Below are positions 39,030 to 50,399 of a DNA stretch of 64,000 nt, in pieces. Below the pieces are notes generated by a model. It was not told where the DNA came from. It was given only the letters and a program-made list of their open reading frames with translations, and did not search any database. This DNA comes from Octopus vulgaris. Taxonomy: Eukaryota. The stretch is taken from positions 96,286,001 to 96,350,000 of the forward strand of contig OX597824.1 in assembly GCA_951406725.2 (NCBI GenBank). Reading direction: 5' to 3'. The position numbers and the translations under genes are program-made. How positions within the stretch are numbered: the stretch's first letter is position 1; each line of letters starts with the position of its first letter.

Positions 39030-39530
39030 AACTTTGACACTTCTTCACACAGCTGTCCTCATCTATATGCCACACATGACCATACCAGTGCAGTCGTCTC
39101 TCTTGCACACCACATCTGATGCTTCATATGTCCAACTTTTCTCTCAAGGCACTTACACTCCGTCGTGTATGCACACTGACATTACACATCCAGCAGAGTA
39201 TACTAGCTTCATTTCTATCAAACCTAAGCATGTCCTCAGCAGTCATGGCCCATGTTTCACTGCCACGTAGCATGGCTGTTCACACACATGCGTCATACAG
39301 TCTACCTTTCACTCTGAGCGAGAGGCCTTTTGTTACCAGCAGAAGTAGGAGCTCTCTGAACTTTACCCAGGCTATTCTTATTCTAGCAGCTACACTCTCA
39401 GAGCACCCCCACCTAATGACTTGGTCACCTAAGTAATAGAAGCTATCAACTACTTTTAGTTTTTTCCCCTTGTGATGGAATCTGTTTTCTGTACATCTTC
39501 GGTGTTTATTGCCCCTGTGCATCTGCCAAA
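39030..39530 (-). mobile_element. RTE-clade LINE fragment
   Basis: VVDSFYYLGD...ARIRIAW.KFREL...L....LSLRVKGRLYDACV. Confidence 0.8.
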
Positions 39531-39727
39531 ATCCTTCAAGGTGATGCCCCAGCATGGCCAAAGTCTAACGACTAGAACAAGTAAAGTATAAAAATTAAGG
39601 ATTTGTAAAAAGTCCAGAAATGCTGAATGAAGTGTCTTCTGTGAACCAGAAATGTTGAAACCACCAATGAATGGTTGACTGAGGTCAGTATTTCCAACAG
39701 AGCTTGATCTTATCATCAAAAGACTAA

Positions 39728-40123
39728 TCTTTATATATAAAAGTGAGGTTGTGTGCTGTCTGTCTCCTACGATTTAGATTCCTAACTACTCCCACATTTT
39801 GCGGTGCAGTTTAACCAAAACCGGGTATCTTATAGTCATGATTCATATCGAGCCCTTCTGGATATTAGTGTGCGTCTACGATGAGTCTACGATTTTAAAA
39901 AAATTTGCCATCAATTTTTCCCATTTTTAATGCACTTTTGGCATATATAAGGGAAGTAACTCTCTAAAAATTTATTATTAAATCTCAGAACGTAAAAAGC
40001 TACAGTAATACCCCCCCCTTTGTGGTTAGCCATATTGAGATGGCTATTATACTTTACATCTCTAAAAATGCTTATATAGTTATTTCCCTTACAAACCCGA
40101 GCAACGCCAGGTGATACTGCTAG
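39728..40123 (+). mobile_element. Non-autonomous Helitron, second subfamily
   Basis: A|TCTTTATATATAAAA...CCCGAGCAACGCCAGG..CTAG|T; truncated inverted copy at ~28590-28814; orphan 3' ends near 36840-36868 (+) and 38531-38560 (-). Confidence 0.78.
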
Positions 40124-42124
40124 TGGACAATAAACAGGACTTCCTCTGTGACGGAGAACAATGGCAGAGGTTATCATCAATGGCAACTTTGTATCATTAA
40201 CAACTAAACCACAATGTAGTCTCCCTCATATACAAGCAGACAGGATAGTCATGGCTGGGACAGACACATTCATTATTGTTGTTGAGTTAACAGCAGCGAG
40301 GTGACTTGTGGTTCACTCAACAACAAAGAACTCTACAGCCGAAAGCATGGGAAATATATAAGGCAAACTGGAGGTGGGGGAACACACATAAGAAAAGGTG
40401 TTTACAAAACACCATAGCCCCCACCACCACCACCACTACACACACAAACACATTAGCCTGACAAGAGAGCAAAGGAGTGAGGTGCAATCCCTGACTTCTG
40501 GTGTCCCTGTCAACAGATAATTTATTACCAATTACATTGGCCATTTATGAGGTTGGGTTGATATAAGAAGCAACACTTGAACACTGCGTCAATGTATTCA
40601 GTTTGCCTGCTCTCCTGATGAGGTTGGCCTTGAGCCAAAATTTGAAACCATTTAAAACTGCCAAATGATGATGATGATCGTCTGAGATTTTTGAGACTGA
40701 GAAGGGTTAAAAACCATAGACTATTGTCTCTGAAGCCATTGTCTTTAGCCCTTAAGTGTTTAAAGCATTCAAGCAAGCACCTGTTTTGGTGCCACATAAA
40801 AAGACCCGTGCCAGTGCCACATACGAAGTACCCATGCTGGAGCCATGTATAAAGCACTTGTGTCAGCGCCACGTAAGAAGGGCCTGTGATGGTGCCACAT
40901 AAAAAGCACCCATGTCAATGTTACGTAAAGAGCACCCAGTGGCACTCTGTGAAGTGGTTGGCATTAGGAAGGGCATCCAGCCGTAGAAACCATGCCACAA
41001 CAGACAACTGAAGCCTGACCATCCCTCCAGCTGACCATCCTTCCAGCTGACCAGCTTGTGTCAAATCATGCCAGGATAGAAAACGGATGTTAAATTTGTT
41101 TCTACTCTAGGCACAAGGCCTGAAGGTTTTTGGGAGGGAGCCAGTTGATTAGATCGACACCAGTACGCAACTGGTACTTAATTTATCGACCCTGGAAGGA
41201 TGAAAAGCAAAGTTGACTTCAGCTGAATTTGAACTCAGAACGTAAAGACAGACGAAATACCTCTAAGCATTTCGCCCAGTGTGCTAACCCTTCTGCCAGC
41301 TCGACGGTTTAAAATGGATGTTAAATTATGATGATAATGATGATGATGATATCTGGCCAAAATATTTTACCTGTTTTATGTTCAAGCCAACCAGATTTGG
41401 CCTCTCACTCCTACTCAGTAATCATCATCATCATCATTTAACATCTGCTTTCCATGCTAGCATGGGTTGGACGAATGACTGAGGTCTGGCGAACCAGATG
41501 GCTGCACCAGGCTTCAATCTTAATGTAATTCAAAAAATAAACTATCATATCATTGAAATCTTGAAGTTACAGGATAATGCAGGATTAATTCAAAACACTT
41601 TGAATAAACAAGCAAAAACATTTGACAGAATGATGTGAAAGCTAAAGGGTTGACCACCAGAGATATTGTACGGTCATCACTGGCTGCAAATGGTTCCCAG
41701 ACCAGCTATGTCTGGAGATTGCAGCACACAATTTTATACAACAGGAAAACAAATTGTAGCCGAATCAAAAGATTAGTTAGGAAGTATCACCATAAAAGGT
41801 AAAAAGCAATCAAGAAATAATTACAGACAACGAGCGAGAAGACCACTTAAAAGTAAAAATCATAATATCCGTTATTCTTTAAAAGAGGGCACACTCACAC
41901 TTGTGTATCTTGCCATTGAGTTTGACAAGTGACCTACACAGCTAAGGTCACTCTCTGACCAGCCATAACAAACAACCTTCCAAATGTGTGTGTGGCAGTG
42001 GAGGTGGTGGTGGACTTTTCTGTCGTAAATGATAGATGAGGTGCCACAGCTTTTTACTGAACAACTGGTACAGATAGAGTGACCAAATGTATGTGCTGTA
42101 GGTAAGCTCATTCCCTCCATCAAT

Positions 42125-42611
42125 TCAACGTTGCCTGTAATGATATGCAGAAGATCTGGTCGTCAAATCTAAGTAGAGATTTCAAACTTAAAATCTTCAA
42201 AGCCACAGTCAAACCAATTCTACTACATGGCTCAGAAACCTGGACGTTATCACAGAAGCTTGAGAGGTGGTTGGATGGAACTTACACTCGCCTCCTTATG
42301 AGAGCTCAAAATCTCTTGTGGAAGCGTCATCCAACCAAAGTACAAATATATGGGAAACTACCACCTGTATCATCTCTTGTGAAAGGCAGAAGAGTCCAGT
42401 TTGCTGGACATTGTTGTAGAGCTGAAAACGAGGTAATTTCTACTCTTCTCCTCTGGAAGCCATCTGCTCGCGATACCAGAGGGCACACACTCTCCTACCC
42501 TGATGTAATTTCTAGGGATACAGGCATCCAGCAACAGGACCTCCGTAATGCTATGATGGACCGTAAGGTCTGGCGTAACATAGTAAATTCCATTGTCTCG
42601 ACCACAGTCGA

Positions 42612-42650
<39 letters not shown>
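42125..42650 (+). mobile_element. RTE-like LINE 3' end with (GAT)n tail
   Basis: 156-aa ORF KIW...K.KIF.A.V.PILL.GSETW...RR..FAGH...DR..WR, followed by (GAT)n. Confidence 0.88.
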
Positions 42651-43124
42651 TTGCACAATGTAGCATATGTCAAGTGCTGGAGTGACTGCAGAGCAACATG
42701 AGATGAAGCGCTTTGCTCAAGAATACAATGCACCACCTTGTTTAGGAATTGAAACCCTGATCTTGCAATCACGAGTGCTACACCCTAACCACTGGGCCAT
42801 GTGGCTTTATTTGTGTGTGTGTGTATCATACACACATACTTGGGACTAAACAACAATACTGCTGAAACATGTGTCTATAGAGCTCTCTCTGTCAATGCAG
42901 TAGTGATCTGAAATTTGATTCTGTTCCCCTACACTCTGCCCTTATACATCAACACCCTACTTTCTCGTCGTTCCCTCCCACAATACCTATTCCTATGCAA
43001 ATGAAACCATTCTTCAGACTTCACTAAACTTTCTGCATGCATCATTCACATGCAACATAAACACCTCACACCAAATCTCTGTTGTGTTCATGAAAAAAAG
43101 AGACATCATCATCATCATCGTGTA

Positions 43125-43362
43125 CGGTGGCGAGCTGGCAGAAACATTAGCACGCCGGGCAAAATGCATAGCCGTATTTCGTCTGCCGTTACGTTCTGAG
43201 ATCAAATTCCGCCAAGGTCGACTTTGCCTTTCATCCTTTCGGGGTCAATAAATTAAGTACCAGTTACGCACTGGGGTCGATATAATCGACTTAATCCATT
43301 TGTCTGTCCTTCTTTGTCCCCTCTGTGTTTAGCCCCTTGTGGGTAGTAAAGAAATAGGTATT
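43125..43362 (+). mobile_element. tRNA-derived SINE family B
   Basis: GGCGAGCTGGCAGAA...TTCTGAG.TCAAATTCCGCC..GGTCGACTTTGCCTTTCATCC; other copies ~2690-2880, 3617-3820, 7370-7565(-), 8705-8880(-), 24845-25060, 32060-32280, 36890-37060, 41100-41303(-), 60710-60870(-). Confidence 0.85.
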
Positions 43363-43929
43363 TACTCCATCCCAATTCCCCCTGCAAACTACCAGTCCTT
43401 TCTTTCATTCTCAAAAATGTTGGCTCTGTGATATTGTCCTCCTTACACATGACTTTTTACAGTCAACTGTACAAAAAGGAACATCAACTTAAAACAGCTC
43501 CTTCCGACAATGTAAAAGATATAACAACAAACTCTAGTGGCTTATCCAGGAGAATATATTTTTGTATTACTTTGGCCTGGAGAAAGGAGCTGTCTCCATG
43601 GACCTTCAGAGGCACTGCAAAGCCAGTGAGATCAATTTCCTCAATATTCCATTTAAAATATTACCAGTTGATGATTACAGGAAAAAAATTTAGGAAGAAA
43701 TGTCCAAAGAGTTGATTTTCTGGTAAGAAAGGACTGAACATAGTAGAGAGTATAGGGTCTGGGAGTTTGGATACAATATGGGCGATGAAAAAAAGAGACA
43801 AATAAACCAGGAGTACCTAAATGGAGATGGAATAAGACCACCCACCTCTGAGGAGTATCAAGTGACTACTGTAGTAGTGGAAGAAAAGGAAGAGAGAGGA
43901 GACAGAATGTCTGTAAGATGATAGAGTGT

Positions 43930-44380
43930 ATTTGAGAGGGGTTTCATGCCAACAGAATGCGTATAACCAAATACCATTCCAATACGCTTTCCACCTTTCT
44001 ATATGGTTCAGGAACACAGCACCTGAGAACCATTCAAGAAAAGAAACTGGATGCTTCTGACACAGCAGAAGATGACACTGGAAATATCAGATATAAAATG
44101 GAACAACTTTATTAGCATCAACATCAGGAGGAGAGCAGGCCAATGCATAGTATCCATCACCATATACCATCTCTGACTGAGTTGGCTGGGAAATATTGTA
44201 AGACTCCTAAACAAGTCCTTAAGTGGAACCCTCAGGGGCAATAGCAAAGGGGACATCCAAAGATAAACTGGCACTAGATGATCGACAGGAATCATCAGCT
44301 GGTAAACCTACAAAAGAATGATGAACTGAGGGTGGCTGATGACTGCTTTATGCTTTGCCTGATGCAGGAGTATCTGAGTT
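43930..44380 (+). mobile_element. Decayed RTE-like LINE 3' fragment
   Basis: Frameshifted IKWNNFI..IRRRAG / WLG.I / PKQVLKWNPQG..RG.P...W motifs. Confidence 0.5.
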
Positions 44381-44643
44381 TCGGAACATTTCATGCCGGT
44401 CACTTAGGATAAGAACTAGTAGTCATGAATAACAGAACCCCAACCAGCCGGCTGAACTGAATTCCTCTATAGTGCAAGAGGTGGTGGGACGTTGCGTGTG
44501 GATTTGTGATGGGCAGCTGCAGAAGGCATGATCTGATAGGGGCAAAGACAATTTCAGTTTGGCAGACCTTGGATTTTGAGTTTAAAAAGAGTTCAAATGT
44601 ATTCAGAGTATCAGGGACACATAGAGAGAATGAAACTCGTTCA

Positions 44644-44884
44644 TTATTTACATTTGACGGTTATTTGTACTTATCTTGTTTGTTGTTAACACAGCGTTTC
44701 GGCTGATATACCCTCCAGCCTTCATCAGGTGTCTTGGGGGAAATTTCAAACCTGGGTTCTCGTTCCTAAGGTATTTTTCGATGTTGTTATTATTCAGGTC
44801 ACTGCCTGGAATCAAACTCAGAATCTTGGGGTAAGTAGTCCGCGCTCTTAACCCCAAGAATCCGAGTTCGATTCCAAGCAGTGA

Positions 44885-44922
<38 letters not shown>

Positions 44923-45095
44923 GTAATAATAATGATAATAATAATAACAACAACATCGAAAAATACCATAGGAATGAGAACCCAGGTTCGAAACTTCCCC
45001 AAGACACCTAATGAAGGCTGAAGAGTATATAAGACGAAACGGTGTGTTAACAACAAACAAGACGAGGACAAATATCCATCAAATGTAAATAATGT
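44644..45095. mobile_element. Fold-back (head-to-head) element with tRNA-like head and hammerhead-like core, probably Penelope-related
   Basis: 44644-44832 is the reverse complement of 44850-45095 apart from an (AAT)n expansion; contains GAGTTCGATTCC and CTGATGA..GAAA motifs. Confidence 0.75.
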
Positions 45096-46524
45096 ACATA
45101 ATTCCTCAACTCTTAAGTATAGAACTGTATGAAACTAGTTGATGTAGGAAGATGAGGATTGTAAATAGTTCAGTTTCTACGCCAATGGCATCAGTCTGGG
45201 AGCCAAGAATAGTCGTAAGCATTGAAGTTACCAATGACAATTTCAGTGTTTACAAAATATCTAAATGAAATATCGGGTGACGGTCAGGTCTAACATATAT
45301 AAACACCATGGCATGGGAATAATTTGTAATGAGAAAACTTTTTGATTTATACGTTTTTGAAATATGTGAAACTGATTTGTAAAAGCTACCAAACACAAAG
45401 ACAAGAAGAAAATAAAACAAAATGACACTGAGAGGACGGTGCCAGAGAAGCTGTGTCATCAGTCATTGGATGAAGTTAGATGAAGTTAGAAGAGAAAGTT
45501 TATGACGAAGGGAAAACAAGCAAATTATGAAGGAGACTTTGGAGTGATAAAGCCTGGCTTTTAAGAAAAGTTCAAAAAGAAAAGTGATTAGTCCTTATGT
45601 TATTTCCTAAACAATAGATCTTCTTTTGCTGGCGTTGTATTTTCAATTTAAGTCATTTTTTACTAAAGTGTTTCAAAGCCAAGAGTTATTTGCATGTAGG
45701 GAAAATATCGTTGAACTCTGCTGCAGAACTCATACCGAAATAACCCAGGGTGTTTGAAGATGTACACAAAATGCAATACTTCACTGGGAACACTGACAAA
45801 ACATTAACCTCATTCAGATATTTGAATGTTGCTGTGTTTAACCCCAGGTCGGCCCTAATTAAGAAGGAATGATGATTAACAAGCATTTCAGCTGTACTCG
45901 GGACAAAGTATACTTTCCTAAAGACGAGTTAGGGTGTTTATATGAGAGAGATTTGGCTGTTATTTCGAATAGGTGGAGCGATTGTGTAGAAAGAATTTCT
46001 CGAAGGAGAACGTCTTCGAAAGTTGTGAATTTGTTCACTTTAATGTCTAAAACTGCAAAAGTAACAAAATCAATTTGTTAATAGTAAATCGAATTTTCTT
46101 TTTTTAGAAAAAACAAAAAACAAAACTTCGCAGTATTGACATAATTAGAAATCCTGTCCTGCTTCGATCCATCTGTGACAAACCACAGCTTTTCTTCTTC
46201 ATGAAACGATTGTAGACAAACAGTAAAAAAAAAGTTGGACGTAAACAAAACGAATGTATATATTTTTAAAGAGTGTGAATGAATTAAATTGTCTTCGAGA
46301 GTTCATGCAAGTACTGAATATGCAATAATTAACCCCAAACAAGTGCGTTATGACTTCATATACTTAGAAGTAGATCCGATTCGACTACAAAGTAATTAAA
46401 TAGATTACAAGGATAAAGTTCAAGCGATTAAAATTTGCCTTATATGTTTATATAGAATAAATGAAGGGCTTAAAACAAAGGGAGCAAGTGTGTGTATGTA
46501 AATGTATATGTATATGTGTGTGTG

Positions 46525-46561
<37 letters not shown>

Positions 46562-47402
46562 GTTTCAAATTATTATTATTATCTTTTTAATTGAAGATAT
46601 TTTGCTAAAATAGAAGAAATTCATCGGCCAAAAAAATTTACTCAAAAACTTTCACCGAAATCACGATCTGTTGTTGTTTAGCCCAAGGCCAGTCCTAATT
46701 ACGCAAACCCATAATCAAAGGCATTCCAGCTGTGACAACCTTGTCTTTTCCTATGTCGGGGACAACTTTACCCAACGTGTCCTTCATTTAGAAAGACAGT
46801 AGTGTGTTTCTGAGGGATATTTTGCTGTTATTTCTCCCGTGCTGAGCAACCATGTAGAGGTTCCTTTGTTATTCTATTCTTGATAAACGATGTCCCTGTA
46901 ATCAGGACTCATCCCAGAAAAGGGTCCCATAGATCTTACCAAATTAATTTTACATATTATGGGAACAAGAACTTTAGATGAGATCACTGTTTATAAAGTT
47001 TTTATCAACAATTCTCTACCTTAAATGCAAACATGAAAATAACCATTGCCAGCTTTATTTTGAAAATAGAAGACTGTTTTACAAGGAGAGAGAGTATGCC
47101 ATGAACTAATTCGTCCCACAACAATGTTACTAACTGACGAAGTCTTTGAAGATTGAACCTCAGAAAGTCGGACACATAGCTACACATGATAAAGCTTCCA
47201 CCCAGCAATGTCTCCTCTTTGTTTTCATAAATTAAATAACTTTCGTTAACAATGAATATATTTACCAAACTTTTTTTTATTTTGTTTACCCTAAAGAGAT
47301 CGAAGCGAATTGATGAAATTAAATATAGACGAGGATATTAAAGTGGAAAGAATTTGCGTTTTACTTGTGTTTGTCTTAAATAATCGTAAATAACAATTAA
47401 GA

Positions 47403-47629
47403 ACTTGAGAACAGTGCTCCCAGTGTGCGCACTCGCGCTGGCTAGTCGTGACTAGTCGATCCTACAACGACTCCCCAGCAAAGTAAATAAAACACGAAAT
47501 AAATAATTTTTGTTAAACAAAGCAAATAAACACGCAAAAACACAAAGTAAGGATCGACCAGTCACGACTAGCTCGCGCGGATGCGCGACTAGGCGAGTGC
47601 GCGCACCGGGACCACTGTTTTCCTCAAGT
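47403..47629. mobile_element. CpG-rich MITE-like inverted repeat
   Basis: CAGTGCTCCC..GTGCGCACTCGC..CTAGTCGTGACTAGTCGATCCT pairs with AGGATCGACCAGTCACGACTAG..GCGAGTGCGCGC..GGGACCACTG. Confidence 0.65.
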
Positions 47630-47977
47630 AGTACCATCGTAGATAATAATTAAATGGCAAATTAAACAGACACCGTTTTATGAGAAGCAAACATTAAAAT
47701 GCTTAACAATTAGTGTTATAAAGTTTCATAAATAATATATAAACTCTGCTGACAATGGAAAAGATTTGACCTGAAAGAAATAAAGGAAGAAACAGCTGAC
47801 GGGTTTTACAGTCAATCAAACACTTTATCAATAATACCACACGTATTATATATTGATATTATATATATACACACACACATATACACACATATATGTATAT
47901 TATATATGCAATTAGTGACCAGCAAGTTTTACTTTGGACATAAAAACAATGTGAAAGGAAAGATGAAAAGCTCTTGC

Positions 47978-48024
47978 CTCTGGTTGATGGGCCTCACACG
48001 CACGGCTACTTTAACGGACGTCAT
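47978..48024 (-). CDS. KIF16B: KIF16B-like kinesin-3, coding exon 1 (MTSVKVAVRVRPINQR)
   Basis: Minus strand ATG ACG TCC GTT AAA GTA GCC GTG CGT GTG AGG CCC ATC AAC CAG AG|GCAAGA; canonical kinesin N-terminal VKVAVRVRP; the phase-2 end matches the next exon; GC donor. Confidence 0.93.
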
Positions 48025-48174
48025 TTTGGAAGAAGGAATTAATTAATAATCAGCGATGAGAAACATGTATGAAGAAAGTTGTGTAGATCCAGAAAGAAGG
48101 AGGCCGAAATTCAGAGACCGACGGAAGGCCAGAGAGGGACGACCATCTTGAAATGGCACATGACAGGCTTTGAG

Positions 48175-48572
48175 GGAGAGAGATTATATAGAGGGAGAGA
48201 CAGAGAGGGGGGAGAGAAGGAGAGAGAGACAGAAGATAAAGAAGGGGAGAGAGAGAGAGACAGAAAGAGGGAGAAGGAGATAGAGAGACAGACAGAGAGG
48301 GGGAGAAGGAGATAGAGACAGAGACAGAAAGGGGAAGAAGGAGATAGAGAGACAGAGAGAGAGGAGGAGAGAGAGACAGAGAAAGAGGGAGAGAGACAGA
48401 GATGAGACAGAAGATAAAGAGGAGGAGAGAGAGAGACAGACAGACAGAGGCAAAGAGAGACGGGGAGATAGACAGAGACAGAGAGGGGAGAAAGATAGAG
48501 AGAGAGGGAGACAGAGACAGAGAAGAGACAGAAAGAGAAAGAGGAGGAGAGACAGAGACAGAAAGAGGAGGA
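48175..48572. repeat. GA/GACA-rich low-complexity tract upstream of the KIF16B start
   Basis: About 400 nt purine-rich; a pure (GA)n also occurs at 49017-49087. Confidence 0.9.
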
Positions 48573-49013
48573 GTGAGTTTCTGTGATGGGCTGTAAGGGA
48601 GATAACTCCATTGACTAGCTGTAGGTTGTCTTATAACAGCAGAAGGGTAACAAAGGCAGAGATGATGGAGAAAATAGTTTTACAAGGATGGAGATGTGGA
48701 ACAAACGAGCAAAGCTCTGTTCCTTGGAATTCAGTTTCCGATTCTACATTCGTCTCACTTTACAACGTCCGTAACAAACACATGAACGTCGCAAAAACCC
48801 CCCCAAAAACACCTCCATTTCACTATCTTACATTATCAGCTTACTCTATTGAGACTGAATGAAGAAAAAATAAAATCAATATTCTTAATTTATTTTGCTT
48901 TTAAACTAAATAATGAAGACTGTCACTAATTAAAAGTCTCTTTCAGCTGAATCAGGAAGTTAATGAAAACAAATTTACAATGAACAACTGGGTTAAAAAG
49001 AAAAACTTGAGAG

Positions 49014-49091
<78 letters not shown>

Positions 49092-49329
49092 AATTTTCAG
49101 ATTAACACCTGCACGATTTTCACCAAAAAAAAAAAAAAATTCGGTTTTTTTGCATCGAATCAAGTACCCTGACCTAATATGCTGCAAATCCCTTATTTTG
49201 GTTTGGAAAAAGGCAGGGGGCGAATTTGAATTTTTTTTCTTTTCCGTTGAATGAATTCCTGTAACATGCTAAGATTACCCATCCTAATATGCTAGAAAAC
49301 CCTTTTTGCCTACCTTCTGGATCTGAAAA

Positions 49330-49600
49330 AATTAACTTTTTCTCAGAAACTCGGTTTTGTTTTCCACAGGACCAACACCCCACTTCCACTGGGAGGACGG
49401 CTCGGAAAGAAAATCCTCTCGTAACCGCCAAACAGCGGAGGCAGATCTCTTGGTCCCTTCAACAGGGTTTCTGTAGCAAACAACAACATCTAAATCCTGT
49501 GACCTGATGCCATTTAGGAAGCGCCCTTGCTTCCAGCTCGGCATCAGGCCACGCACATTTATGCACCCAACATGAATGCGAGACATTGACTTATCTTATT
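49330..49600 (-). mobile_element. L1/Tx1-like LINE ORF2 N-terminal (APE endonuclease) fragment
   Basis: MSRIHVGCINVRGL...DVV.. matches the start of an APE endonuclease. Confidence 0.6.
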
Positions 49601-49797
49601 CGGTAGTCTTTCCTTTTTCCGGGGTTCATGGGGTGGTGTTCCAACATAGGCCCTCATTCAAGGTTTCGTGAAAATCAAATCTCGGTCCACTTATGTCGGA
49701 TGCAAAGTTTGATTTTAATATATTGCAGTTCATATTGAAGTCAAGGTATCGCCCTCTGAAGGTTGGCATCCAGTGTACAGATATCCCGAACTCATAC

Positions 49798-50120
49798 TCA
49801 ATGCGGTTTATTAATATTTCCAGGAATGCTAGCTGATTCTCTTTTTTCTTTTTCCATTGTGAACTTCATGGAGGGCTCTACTGAGTTCATATGATCTAGC
49901 AGTACTTGGACATCTTCCAGGTTGGGCCAGAGAATAAAGGGGTCATCAACATACTGAAGCCACAGGATTGGCTTTGGTGCTATTGATCCTAAAGCCAAAT
50001 TCTCAAAGTATTCCATATATATATTGGATATTATTGGTGATAATCCCGAACCCATTGCTAATGCCTCTTCTTGTCGATAAATATCAGTATCTACTCAGAA
50101 GTAGGTAGTTTCTATACAGA
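49798..50120 (-). mobile_element. Penelope-like reverse transcriptase fragment
   Basis: MGS.LSP.I.NIYMEYFE...W.YVDD.F..W.........N......KFTMEKE. Confidence 0.85.
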
Positions 50121-50399
50121 GGGTCTACTTTATGCAAAGCAGAAAATCTCAAATTTCAGTTTTCAAGTTTAAGTAGTTTGGGAGTTATAGAGTTTTTATT
50201 TTGTTACCACTTAGGCCTTACTTTAAGAAATAGCCTCTTCCTCTCCTTTTTCATTTCTGTGAAGCTAAAAACTCTGACTATATTAACTGTTTTTCAGAAT
50301 AGTAGGCTTATCCAACTAGAGTATCTAAAATAACGTCTCATAAGAGAAGTGCTTGTGTCACTCAAAGAAACAAAGAAGTCTGGTCGAAGAATCTCATGC

